A stretch of DNA of 64,000 nucleotides, taken from assembly GCA_003427395.1 (NCBI GenBank), contig BFEA01000007.1, forward strand, positions 4,471,248 through 4,535,247. Direction: 5' to 3'. Position numbers and translations under genes: made by a program. The notes beneath the pieces were generated by a model, which worked only from the letters and a program-made list of their open reading frames with translations, made no database searches and was not told where the DNA came from. Within the stretch, counting starts at the first letter, position 1, and each line of letters begins with the position of its first letter. Source of the stretch: Chara braunii. Lineage: Eukaryota > Plantae > Charophyceae. This document shows, piece after piece, positions 11,144 through 23,125 of the stretch.

Positions 11144-12093
11144 TTGAAACCAGCACTCCGGCCAGCCCATGGGCCTCCCCATGTGCCTTGAGGTGAACTG
11201 AGGTACCCCCAAGGCAAAATTTCACCACTAGGCCCTTCCGGAGGTACCTGGGCCTTATTTTGGCCAAGTACATGGAGTCCGAGTGATTGGTAGCAACTCG
11301 GATTGCCTCTTGGTCTCCTTCAGCATCTTTTCTATTTCAAAATGTTGCCCCCCTTGGGTCCTAATGCCCAAGGGGCAACCCTATATGAGAAAAAAAAACC
11401 TAGTGAACCGTTTTCTCAATTTTTTAAGTTTCTACCCCATTTTTAGTAGGCCGAGGTATTTTTTCATTCCTCGGTGCAATTTCAGCATTGCCTTGGATCT
11501 GGTTGAGATCCAATGCCAACAATATTCCGAGTTACCCCCAAGTAACCCTTGCTTCAGATTTGGGCCCCTAAGTTCAATTTTTCAACTTTTGGTACATTTG
11601 GCTCTCTTTTTGGGCCAAATGCACAATTTTATCTCTTTCCCTCTTTTATTTCTTTGCATTTTGGGCTGCCACCTCATTCCGAAGCTGACCATTTTGAGCT
11701 GGCCCACAAAAACGGTTAGTTCCTCTCCACCATGAGATCGGATCTCAGATCTATGACCATTCCATTTGCATTTTCTTTTAGGGTCATATCTCTGTAATCC
11801 GGATTGCCCTCCCCCATTCTAGGAGGGATGAGGTCACAGTTGGGACCTGTCAGTCCCTACTGTGCGGTTCCCAATAGGCCGACACATTCTCCTTTACTCT
11901 TTTCTCCCCTTTGTCTCATTCTTCCTCAATTTTCTTTCATTTTTTTATTTTTTATTTTTATTTTTGATGTGACAAGTGTCAATTAGCCGTTGAGTCTTCT
12001 TCTAGGTGATGGATCTTCATCCATGGCCAGATTCAGATTCAGCAGTTAACCGTTATATCTCGAATTACAATAGTGACACCCCCATGCTCCTAG

Positions 12094-12582
12094 AAGAGAC
12101 GGTTAACGGAGACCTCAATTTTCGGACAACTTGTCAGGTCATTTATAACAAAATCCAAGGGTCATTTTAACCAAACTTGTCATCGATTCAGAGAGTGGAG
12201 ATCATACTAACTACTTACAAAAACAAAATTGAAAAAAAAACTTTAAAAAGTTATAAAATAGCAAGGGAAAAATGTGTTTTCATGCAAAATTCACTCATTT
12301 CGGTTTTCAGGGTTTTCAGGATTTTTCAGGACTAGCCAAAATAGTCAATTCTAGGACCCTAACAAACACCAAACTTGGCACACATAGACCTTGACCAAAA
12401 ATAAAACAGGACAAAAAAAAAAAACAGAAAAAATTAAAAAAAATGATCTTCAATGCACTTTTCAAGGTTGAGGGGGTTAATCAGGGCTGAAAAAAAAAAA
12501 AAAAAATGATCTCCAATACACTTTTCAGGGTTGAGGGGGTTAACCAGGGCTGAAAAGTGGGGGTCCCTGTTAACCGCTTGTG
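12094..12582. mobile_element. MITE of GGTTAAC-end family with perfect 8-bp TSD
   Basis: GCTCCTAG at 12086-12093 and 12583-12590; ends AAGAGACGGTTAAC ... GTTAACCGCTTGTG. Confidence 0.9.
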
Positions 12583-14192
12583 GCTCCTAGGGGGCTTCAT
12601 TTTGTCTCCGTTATTCCTAATTTTCAGCCCCCAATGCTCCGATTTTCTTTGGACAGCCTATTATCTCATGCCTAACTAGTCCGGGATATCTCGGACTGCT
12701 GGGCAGCCCTCCTTGCACCATTATTCCACTTCCTTTTCTCTCATGACTCTCTCACTTGTCCCCACTAGTGGTGCTAATATTTTCTACGGTATAGATCCTC
12801 GATCTTGAAGGCGCCATTTGCTTTGTGCAATTATTTCTTTTGTTGGCTCATGGTTCCCTTTGGACATCTCAAGTCCCCGCCACTTTCCCCGTACTAATCC
12901 CGTTTTCTTCTCCCGCTGGTAGTCCGACCAGTAGTCCCGCCGGCGCATACCCCATTTTTTCACTATTATTATTTGGACCACTTACTCCCCGACAACATCC
13001 CGGATGGTGTCCCATTTTTATTTTGGGACCTCATTGCCCTTGGTGACTCCAATATCCCTTTCTTAGGTGCCACATGTGTGCCGATTTTTCTTTGTCGCGA
13101 GATCTCATCTCATGGTTGTCGTTTACCGTCTTTTCTTGCCCCGTGTCAAAATCACTTATCTCTAGCCTTTTGGGCTTGTCGTGGCCTATTTTCTTTTACC
13201 CTAGGCATCCTTATGCAGTCCGTTATTTCTCGGACTGCAATCGTGGTCATTTCCCTGGTCCCACAACCCCACAACTTGCCCCACACTAAAAGAAAATGAA
13301 ACGTTTAATTCCCAAGTGCATCCGGGCTCAATGTTGATTTCGGATGCACTTAAAACATGTGTTTTCCCTTCCCCATGCAGTCCGTTGCAACTCGGACTGC
13401 AATAGGGGTCAATTCCCTAGCCCCAATGCCCCACAACTAGCCCTCAACAGACAACGTCCAAGTGCATCCAGACTCAATTTTGGCTCCGGATGCACCTAAA
13501 ACATGTGTTTCTCCTTCCCCATGTAATCCGTTGTATTTCGGTTGCATGGGGCCTTAATTTTTCTTGATTTTCTTTGCAAAATCAAAAGAAAATCAAGGTC
13601 CTTTGCAACCACCATATTCCAGGATGAATTTGGTCATGGATGTATCTCTTCAAGTGACTGTTTTGACCGTGAAGGTCTTTTTCTCTTTTCTTTATTTTCT
13701 TTTATTTTCTTTTTCTTTTTCTTCCTTTCTTGGACAGTAGGGACCTGCCGGTCCCTACTTGTGGCAGTCCCCACTGACGGCCAACTCACTCACTCTCTCT
13801 TACTTTTTTTGTCTTATTCTCCCATTTGGTTTTTTTTTTTCTTTTTTTTTTCTTAGCATGCCAAGTGTCAAGTGGTCGTTAAGGCTCTTTTCTAGGCGCT
13901 CCCTCTTAGTTTTGACCCTTCCTATGCCCAAGATGCAGTCCGTTATATCTCGGACTGCAATAATGGCCTCCTCATGCCCATGGGAGCTTCCTTGTACCTT
14001 TATTTTTCTCCCACAGTGGCGCCTCCTACTCCGATTTTCTCCCGGATGCCTATTTTTTACATGGGGACTCTTTTGACTCAATTTTCTCGAGGGAGGATGA
14101 TCCAAGATTTTTCGGATTGCTCTCATGCCTCCCACTTCAAGTTTCTTTACTTTTTCTTTTCATTTTGGCATTCCTGTTCCGCCAGTGGTCTC

Positions 14193-14440
14193 GACACTTT
14201 GTCCCGCCGATGGTCCCCGACACCTTGTCCTATCGGCGGTCCCCAATACTTTTTCCCGTCGGCGGTCCCCGACACTTTGTCCCGTCGGCGGTTCTCGACA
14301 CTTAGTCCCGCCGGTGGTTCCAAACACTTTGTCCCGTCGGCGGTTCTCGACACTTAGTCCCGCCGGCGGTCCCCGACACTTAGTCCCGCCAGTGGTCCCC
14401 GACACTTAGTCCCACCGGTGGTCCCTGACATATTTTGTCC
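14193..14440 (+). repeat. 26-bp GC-rich tandem repeat (~9 copies)
   Basis: GACACTTWGTCCCGYCGGYGGTYCCC recurs every 26 bp. Confidence 0.9.
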
Positions 14441-15214
14441 CAGATACTATTATTTTTTACTTAGTCTCACGTAACCCCTGATGCCTTTCCCCCCAAGGTG
14501 TCCCACGTTCCTTGGGCGTCTGTCGCTCCATGGCGACCCCTTGTCTTTTCTCGGGCTTCGCGGGCGTCGGTTTTCTCCGACCGCGGGGTCTTCAATCCGA
14601 GGCTCCTGCTAATTGTCATGAGCGGTCCCCATGTTGGCCCCTTATTTTCTAGCGTCCCATGGTCACCGGGGCCGTCCACCTCCCGGCTGCCTTATTCTCT
14701 CGTCGTCCGCCGCGCCGCATTTTGAAAGTTGACGGCCCCTCAGCCTTAGTCATGCCGAATTTCAACGGCCCTCCTGGCCTCATGTTATACCCCTATGCGC
14801 CAATGTCCTCGCGCTTACTTGCTTGTCGTCGCTGGTTCTTTCCCCCTGCAGTTCTCAACCCAGGGCACCGTTCCTTCCGGCAGCCTAGTCCATTGTTTTT
14901 TTTTTCTCTCTCGTCTCCTTACGCCATATTTCTCTGTAGTGCAGAAAGTGGCTATATACAGATTCTCGAGTGACGAGATGTTATTCAGGACCCACAGGTC
15001 CCGACACATTCCCCTCACTCATTTGCGATGTTCTCATCGCGCACTAGTCCTTTGTCAGTAGGGAGCGAGGAGGAGAGACGTGATGGGTAGTTAGTTTGTC
15101 AGGGTCCTTTTTGTCTTTTCCTTGTTTCTTTCCCAAGGTCTCTTCTTGTCTTCGCTCCTTGGGGCGGGGAGGGGTGTGTGGAGGGTCGAATTCTCTTTGT
15201 CTTTCGGGTTTCTC

Positions 15215-15410
15215 CCATCTCATTCATCATTCTCATAACATCAAGCATTTTTTCGTCTCATTCATCATCCTCAGAGCATCAAGTTTTTTTTTGTCTCATT
15301 CATCACCCTCAGAGCATCAAGCCTCTTTTCGTCTCATTCATCACCCTCAAAGTATCAAACCTCTTTTCGTCTCATTCATCACCCTCAGAGCATGAAGCCC
15401 CTTTCGTCTC
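15215..15410 (+). repeat. ~38-bp tandem repeat (~5 copies)
   Basis: TTTTCGTCTCATTCATCACCCTCAGAGCATCAAG recurs. Confidence 0.85.
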
Positions 15411-15844
15411 GTTCCTGCGGTCCATCCCTCTTACCCCAGCCTAGTCGTCCGTCCCCCGACTTCTTGGTACATTCCTTCTCTACATCGACTTTTTCGCCCT
15501 TGCAGCTCGTGTACCAAGCCATCTTTTCCCCCCTCTCGAATGCCATATTTCCCCCTTGTCTGACCCTGCGCCCGCTTGAGGCCTCTGGTCAAGTTCGTTT
15601 TTCTTTCATTCAATGTCCTCCGCCTTTTCATAAGCTTTCTTATTCATTCTCATGCTATCTTCCTCTTGCACATTTCATAGTCATTTTGCTAGGCCTTTCT
15701 TAAATTCGGGCTTGGTCGATTCTCCCATACCTCTTTTTCTGTTCTTATATCAAGTTTTTCTCAACCTCAGGCTTAATTACTTTTGCATACCCCCAAGCTC
15801 CAACCTGGTCTTTTTCGCATATATGTCTCACAATTATTTTACCA

Positions 15845-16410
15845 GGTTTTTCTCAACCCGGCTTAGTCTATTTCCATGTACACTCCTTACGGACACCTTG
15901 CCAGACTTTTTCCCAGACTTAGCTCGGTCATTTCCTCATACATTTTTCACGGACATTTTGCCATACTTTTCTCAGGCCTAGCTCAGTCGTTTCTACATAC
16001 ATTTCTCCCGGGCATCTTGCCAGATTTTTTTCAGGCCTAGCTTAGTCATTTTCACAAACATTTCTCACGGGCATCTTGCCAGACTTTTCTCAGGCCTAGC
16101 TTAGTCATTTCCACAACCATCTCTCACGAGCATCTTGCCAGACTTTTCTCAGGCTTAGCTTAGTCATTTCCACAAACATTTCTCACGGATATCTTGCCAG
16201 ACTTTTCTCAGATCTAGCTTAGTCATTTAAAAATACATTTCTCACGGACATCTTGCCAGACTTTTCTCAGACCTAACTTAATCATTTCCAAATACATTTC
16301 TCATGGGCATCTTGCCAGACTTTTTTTTTAGGCCTAGCTTAGTCGTCTCCATATTCATTTCTCACGAGCATCTTGCCAAGCTTTTCTCATGCCTAGCTTA
16401 GTCATTTCCG
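15845..16410 (+). repeat. ~59-60-bp tandem repeat (~9 copies)
   Basis: TTTTCTCAGGCCTAGCTTAGTCATTTCC...GGGCATCTTGCCAGAC recurs. Confidence 0.9.
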
Positions 16411-16467
16411 AATAAAAACATTTGTCTGTTATTTCTTCCGCACGCTTTGTCTTAGGTAGATGACACA

Positions 16468-16481
16468 CCTTCCCCCCACTC
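16468..16481 (-). promoter_or_regulatory. Candidate polypurine tract
   Basis: Minus strand GAGTGGGGGGAAGG followed by TGTGTC, downstream of pol and the 3' ORF. Confidence 0.5.
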
Positions 16482-18467
16482 AATCACGATGTCCCCATCG
16501 CGCAACCGGTTCTCGCTTGGAGGTATGCAGACCTTGCCTGCCAACTAAGTAGACGGATGTCGGCTCATCAACCCCAAAAAGGAAGGGTGAACAGTCCTCC
16601 CCCTGCTGATAACTCACCCCATCCTCTACTCTAGTCCGGCGACCACTTCTTTGGAGATGGGCATCATCATTGAGGTGCCTTCTCGCATCTGTAAGGTAGG
16701 TCCAGTCCATGTCTCCCAGAACCTCATCATACCAAACGTGGCTCCCTCACGAATCGTTCGTCCCGAGTTGTAAGTTTTGTGGATTCGGCCTCTTCCTTCT
16801 CAAGAGAGTTGGGACTCTCTATTAGTTTGCGAGTGCAGTTACGAGGACCTCGCGGTTAGTCATCGGAACGGTTGTAATGCTCCGGCAGGGCGGTGTCAAT
16901 GCCCTATGGTGGTGGCGGACTCCACCCGGTACCTCGCCCTGACCTCCCCTGCGGACAGTGCTGCTTGACTTAGTGCGAGCAGCCTAAGGTCCATCCCAAA
17001 CGGGCAGGTTGCCCCTCAACGACGTGGCGTGTGGTTAGAGAGGGTCGTAAGGACTAGAAGAGCAACTTTCGGTCCATATCAGCGCCTTAGATTTTTTTGG
17101 AACTCAACGCGAGGCGCAATTTGAACCTTTCGGCTAGAGCTCATTGTTGGAGCTGGTTTTGGACGTCGAGTATTGTATTGATACCTTGGTCCTTTAACTT
17201 TGTGCCTTACTTACGAGGGACAGGTCGCGCTTGGACATTTCCCTACAGGGTAGAGGCCCTGGGGTCGTGGTGCATGCATCACTATCCCCCTCATGCTGAG
17301 GCCTGAGACTATAATAAAAGCAAAACCAATTCCAATGCCGTTTCCATATCTTTTCCAAGTTGCCTAGGGTCCCCCAGTTATGCAAATGCAATATCCAATT
17401 CTCAGGCAAATGCTCAATCCAATGCTCTTTCCAACTTTTTCTCAAGGCTGATTCTCATGGCTGAACCGACAACCTTTTTTCAAGAAGACCACTTCTTGTG
17501 GCCGCTCTGGCGGCCGCTTCTCAATAGCCACCTTTCATGACCGACCCATCGACTCATGTCCATCTCTTACTTCTCAATAGCCGGATTAGGGCCATTCCTT
17601 TCCATTATCAAGTCGAACAACTTGGTTAGGGTCATTCCTTTCCATTCTTAAATGCAGGCGCCTAGGGGGTGAGCTTTTGAGGACACGGATCCGATCTTTT
17701 ACTAGGGGGGTTAGGAGGCGGCTATCTCTTAAGTTTTTTCGTGTTGTTTCATCATTTTTCTTAACACATCTTTGCTAGTTCTCACGATTTCATGCATACA
17801 CCCAACTTAGCATCTAGCACTCAAGCGGAGGCTTCCATCCCCCGACAGTACTAGCTCGCTCGGTCGTTCAACCATAGATCCAGGCGGGGGTCCTTCTGTC
17901 CGCTTCACTCTTTACTTTCTCTCACAACTTTTGATTTTTGCGATATGACCTTGACTTAGGTTGAACTCCTAGGGGAGGACATCCTCGTGCCCATAGGTTC
18001 CCTAACCTCTCTGATATTGGACTGACTCTCGATGCTCGTACGCGTAGCCATACGATAAAAAAAAAAAGACTTATAGTCTTTTGTTACCAGTACAACTTGT
18101 CTCGTCACAAAACTCCCTGTCCACCCATCTTAACTAATCTCATGTCTCCTGCCAAAACTCAATTTGAAAGTGGCTCAGAAAAAAAAAGCGCTCGGCGCAC
18201 CCATCCCAACTAGTCTCATGTCCATCTGTCCTTAGCAAAATTCAAGTCCAAAGTGGCCCGTACAAAAAGTTGCTCAGCCTGCCCATCCCAACTAGTCTCA
18301 AGTCCAAGTCTCTTGGTAAAATTCAAATTACAAGCGGCTCATACAAACAGTTGCTCAACATACTGCCTCTCCCTCCTACTTGTGCTAGGTCTCGATCCCC
18401 TGTCCCCTGCAAGGATATCATTCACTTGGGGTTAGGATACTAGCCCTTTTGTCGCGGCCCCCTTGCA

Positions 18468-19352
18468 CTAATCCCTGCTACAAGGGCTGGTCCTTTGTCG
18501 TTTAACCCCCTTTTCATCATTGCTTCTGGGGGATGCTTCGACGCCTAGGCCATAAGTCCGGATTTCGTTCAATTTCCTCATGATCAGCCATAGCTCTTCC
18601 TCGCTGAAAAAGTCTAGTGGTGTGAATGCTTTCCCTGCTGCCATCAACTTTCTAGCCTTGATGATCCATTCATGTTTGGTCACGCTGGCCCACTGCTCGA
18701 ACCAGTGGTTGGGTGTCAGCCCGAACTCATCCTCCCATCTGGAGGGTCCGTTCTTTGGACTGCCTGTCGATGATTGTCCTTCATTCGTAGGCTTTGAGAT
18801 CTCGTCCGCCTCATCCCCACTGCTGATTACAATGACCTCTTGTGCCTCATCCTCGCTCCCATCCTCATCCCTTGGTACTGGACTGAACTCACCCGCAGAG
18901 TTTTCCGGATTAAAGTTATACGGGATATCCATCCTTCTTTCGGGTTCGTCCCCAAAACCCGTATCCCCTCTTTCACAACTGGCATGCTTGCTTCTTTCCC
19001 AATCACGATGCACGCTTTCTCTTCCCGCGTCCCTTCTTTCACGACTGACCGGTTCGATCTGCCTTTCTTCACCCCCTCCCATACCAACGTCACACATACT
19101 TTCTTCCCTTCTTGCCTGTGGCTCTTGCTCCCCCGTCTCCTCCTCGGACAAGGGCTGCAACTTCTCACCTTCCTTAAGAGGCGAGGGTTTGCTAGCCAAC
19201 AACTTTCTCTTTCTTCTTCCCATTGTTCGTCTCCGCTGCGACCCAATGAATAATACCGGTTTTTGCCTGTCTCGTGGCCTCTCGACTCTCTGCCGCTCAT
19301 CTTCCAAGGCGATGTTAGCGTGGCTGACATCATTCTCGTTATTGAATTCCAT
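18468..19352 (-). CDS. Intact 294-aa accessory ORF in env position (NLS-like RRKRK, SIM-like EVIVISSGDE, Trp-rich C-terminal domain)
   Basis: Uninterrupted ORF from MEFNNEND, same strand as pol, preceded by a pyrimidine tract and CAG|G acceptor at 19376. Confidence 0.65.
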   Translation of the reverse strand: MEFNNENDVSHANIALEDERQRVERPRDRQKPVLFIGSQRRRTMGRRKRKLLASKPSPLKEGEKLQPLSEEETGEQEPQARREESMCDVGMGGGEERQIEPVSRERRDAGRESVHRDWERSKHASCERGDTGFGDEPERRMDIPYNFNPENSAGEFSPVPRDEDGSEDEAQEVIVISSGDEADEISKPTNEGQSSTGSPKNGPSRWEDEFGLTPNHWFEQWASVTKHEWIIKARKLMAAGKAFTPLDFFSEEELWLIMRKLNEIRTYGLGVEASPRSNDEKGVKRQRTSPCSRD

Positions 19353-19905
19353 CTTATTTTGTGTTTTCCCTGTGCCTGTCATGAAAAGGGAAACTGAAGC
19401 CCCAGTCCATATCCCCAAGCAGAACCCTCGCCCAAGCAATCGCAAAACCCCAAGTCCCATTCCCTTATGATACCGGAATTGGCCAAATTTTCAAGGGTGC
19501 GCCCCCTTGCCCAGTCTCTGGTCGTGCATCTCCATATGACGAGTCCCTCTATGCCCCATTCGAATCCCATGCGCCTTTTGAAAGGTCATGATATGTCGTT
19601 CCAGGCAGCCACCCCGATACCCTTCATCCCTTACGAAACTATGGTACAATAACCCAGGTTTTCATCCCCGTATCACCCTCCCCCAAAAAACTATGGTACA
19701 ATGCCCCAATCGCATTACCTAAACTCATGCAGTCCGTCCCCATAAGCACAGTCAAAACCCCTCCACACAAAACAAAACACATTGTAGGTAAGATTTCTTC
19801 GGCGCCTCAGTCGACCTGTTCCCTGTTTTCCTTGTCCTGAGTCTCTTGCAACCATTGCTCCACTGGGTTTCGGCTTAGGAATCTGATCAACAGTTGTCCT
19901 GAAAA

Positions 19906-21081
19906 TTACCCTTTTACCCTAGTACCATCCAAATCCTCAAACTCGAAACTGTTCATCCCCAGCCTCTTGGCGACCCGGTAGAGCCCCTTGAATCTTCTCC
20001 CCAGTTGTCCTGACCAGGTACTTTCTAATGCAGAATTTCTGACTAGGACCATTTCCCCCACTTGCAGTGGTTCTTTTCTTATGTTCCGCAACTGGTCCCA
20101 TCTTGCTTTGTCCTTCATTCTGCTATCCAGAACGCAGCTCACCACTTCGTCTGTGGCCTCCTCATTTTGGATAATCTGTTAGCACCTGACCTTAATTAAC
20201 TGTTCCGTCGTCAAGCGCGGGTCATCATTCAGTTTATTCCAAGTCGGTACTAGAGCTTCTATTGGGAAATCGATTTCCCTCTCATACCATAATTCAGCCG
20301 GAATACATCATGTGGTCCATTTTGGAGTCATGTTGTCTTCGAACACTGCTTGCTTAAGGTACTTAGGCCAGTTCCCAAGGTCGTCAGCTGCTAACTTTGC
20401 GATCGTGTTCTTAAGCGTCCGATGCCCTCTCTCCACGGGCACGTTAGCTTCCGGGTGGTACGACTCAATTAACTTGATGGGCACCCCAAGTCTTTTGCAT
20501 GTACTCAACACGTCCTGGTTCACGAATTTTATTACATTATCGGCTATAAATCCTCTGATAAACGGGTGCCTTAGGTAGAAGTCCTCAATCCATTCAGCTA
20601 CTGCCAGTCCCGTTTTCTTCTTAAGAGCTATTGCCTCCACAAATCCACTAAGATTATCCCTGGCGTCAAGTATGTACCTGTATCCTTTTGTATATACTAG
20701 TATAATCACGAGATCGAGGTGGACGAGATGTCCAGGTCCTAGCACTCGCGTTGGTCTCAAAGGCTCGAAGACTTGAGTCGTACGTCGCTCTTGACAGATC
20801 AAGCAGGTTTGGCAATACGTGGCGACCATACTCCCCATTCCAGGCCAGAAGTAAAGTGACACTATTTTTGCGAGGGTCCCTTTTGAGGAGCCCTGTCCTC
20901 CTGCCAACCCGTCATGCATCGCCAGAATTATGTTTACTTGCCTCGATCGTCCACATACCACCCTTCTAGGCATTAGGCCTTTCTCTCTCCTAAACAGGTG
21001 TCCGTTTTTTAGTACATACTTATCGGCTTCCTCTCTGGTCTTGAGGCTAACCTCCTGGGAATCCTTGTTTCCTACTAGCAA
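19906..21081 (-). pseudogene. pol: Integrase (HHCC remnant, DDE core, GPY/F-like C-terminus), disrupted
   Basis: HDGLAGGQG...CQTCLICQ, LVHLDL, FIADN, ERGHRTLK, FKGLYRV; stops and frameshifts; no chromodomain seen. Confidence 0.92.
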
Positions 21082-21256
21082 CAGTCCAATTGCTCTGAAG
21101 ATCCCATCGTATGAATGAATAAGAAAGAACGCCTTTTGATCCTGACAATTTTCTTGTCCATCTTGTGCTTGATTTACTAGGTATTGCTGCCGCTTTTGTT
21201 CTCAAGATTCAACTAAGCTCATAACCGACCCCGTCCTCCTTCTATTGCTAGTGTCA

Positions 21257-21939
21257 TTAGTTCTTCCTGAGGCCCCACAGTGCCACCCCACGAATCCTTC
21301 CTTCCTTTCGATCGGACCTTATAAGTGTTCCTTCCCTAAGTTTTGCCACCACTGTCGGAGATCCTTTCTCCAACGCCCTGATCAAAAACTCGTCGGAGGT
21401 GCAGGCAGGCTCTATCATTTCGTTATCAACCACCAGGTTCCCTCCCTCATAGTCGAGAAATGCATCGATAGGTTTCGCATCCTCTACTCCTTCTGGCATA
21501 ATGCATACTCTGCTCAAGCCATCGGTCATGTTCCTAAGTTCTGCTATGCGCTCGATCTTGTAATCAAACTGCCAAATGAGCCTCACCCATCTCCCCACGG
21601 TAGGGTCTATAGGTTTGTAATTCTTGCAAGCCCCAGCGATGTTTGTTCGATCTATCCTTTGGATGAACCTCCTTCCAAAGGGGTAGGCTTGGAAGGTCGT
21701 GAGGCAGTGAAGGACATCCAACACTTCCTTCTTGAACTGGGAGTAACGACGCTCAGCTGAGTCAGCGTTCTACTCTCGAATCTGATTGACCGCTCCCTTC
21801 CATCTTCCCCTCTTTGGATCAGGACTCCTCCCACAGTCAGTGGTCCCCCATCGGTCTCAAGTACAAACGGGCGACCTACCTCGTTGTTGAAACACGGAGC
21901 GGCCAGGGTGACTTGTTTTGACGTCAGGATGTCTTTCAA
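21257..21939 (-). pseudogene. pol: Ty3-type RNase H, frameshifted
   Basis: PFVLETDGGP-VGGVLIQ, RFESRTL, GRRF..RID, RWV..IWQFDYKIERI, N.TDGLSR. Confidence 0.9.
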
Positions 21940-23072
21940 GGTCTGAACGGCGACTTCTCATTCCTCCGTCCAATCGAGCGAACCCTCTTCGCGAATCATG
22001 GTCCGGATGGGCTCTGCTATCTTAGTGAATCCTTTGATGAAGATCCTCCAGAACCTCACGACCCCTAGGAAGACCCTTACCTCCGTTGTAGTCCGCAAGG
22101 GCGTCGACCATTGAGAAATTTTATCAATCTTCGTTGGGTCGGGCTTTCTTCCATACGACCCGTAACGGCATCCTATGAATCTATGATAGTTACTTTTGGA
22201 ACTGCCAGGATGATCTTGGGGCCACTAGCAGTGATGTTATATTCCAGAAACCTTCCGAAAAGTTCTTTAATATCCTGCTGGTGGTCTCACACAAATTTAC
22301 ATACCCCTGGTTGAATTTTCGTCTCATCCTTGTCTCGCGAACCCTTGATCGGATTGTCATCAATGTATGGCTCGCACTTTGCGGGGAACATATCTCCCGC
22401 AACTGCGAGCATCCTTCTTTGTGCTTTTGCCACGACATTGGTGAAGCCCATATGAGTCACTTGCATTTGCAATTGCCCTACCGAGGTATGCATAGTCGTG
22501 TAAGGTCTATCCCGGGCGCCCAGCGGGAGCTGATCATACCCAGAATAGAGGTCTATCAATGAATAAATGCTTCGTCTGGCGTGAGATTCTGCCAGCAGGT
22601 CTGCTTGAGGCAGTGATCCCGCATCTCGGATGATGACAACATTCAATTTCTGCAGATCCTGGATCCACCTAAGCGACTTGTTAGGTTTCCGGAATACAAA
22701 CCACTTATTTGCATATGGTGAGGCGGTGGACTCTGCAACTAAGGAGTCCATCTTTGCTCCAAGGAGTTTTATTACTTCCCCTGCCACCCCAAAGTCGTAG
22801 GCAGGCCCTTTGTCGTTCCAGCATTCGTGCTCGACTGTGTGGATCTTGACCGGGGGTATCAGCTTCGCATCTAGTCGTCCCTTTTGATGGTCGTTAAAAA
22901 CAAAAGCTAGATGGAATTCATGGCATGCTTCCTTGATCAGGCATGCCTCCCGTTCTGTCAAAAATCCTTCAACCCCTATCTTCATGGTCTTTGCTACCTC
23001 GTCTGGTATTCGATGCCCTTCTGTTGCCATTTTTTCCCTAATCACCCGGAGCACTTCCTCCTCCTTTTCCAT
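21940..23072 (-). pseudogene. pol: Gypsy reverse transcriptase, disrupted
   Basis: SPYANKWFVFRKPNKSLRWIQDLQKLN, YSLIDLYSGYDQ, MGFTN, PYIDD. Confidence 0.95.
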
Positions 23073-23125
23073 GGCTTCTTCCTTTGTTGTTTTTAGCAGG
23101 ACCGAGACAGGCTTGGCTTTCTTTC

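Larger units (their letters stand above)
3313..16467 (-). repeat. 3' LTR (U5 end at 3313 firm; U3 start uncertain, 16465-16467 or ~15008)
   Basis: 3313-6965 is homologous to the 5' LTR remnant. Minus-strand TATA at ~11134-11143. PPT-like motifs followed by TG at 16480-16468 and 15020-15009. Confidence 0.55.

Noticed and set aside
16860-16940. Possible twister or hammerhead ribozyme in the 3'UTR
   Set aside because: Hairpins are present but conserved catalytic nucleotides could not be matched by eye; an Infernal/Rfam search would be needed.
18580-19470. 296-aa plus-strand ORF
   Set aside because: Ser/Leu/Pro-rich antisense shadow of the purine-rich minus-strand ORF.
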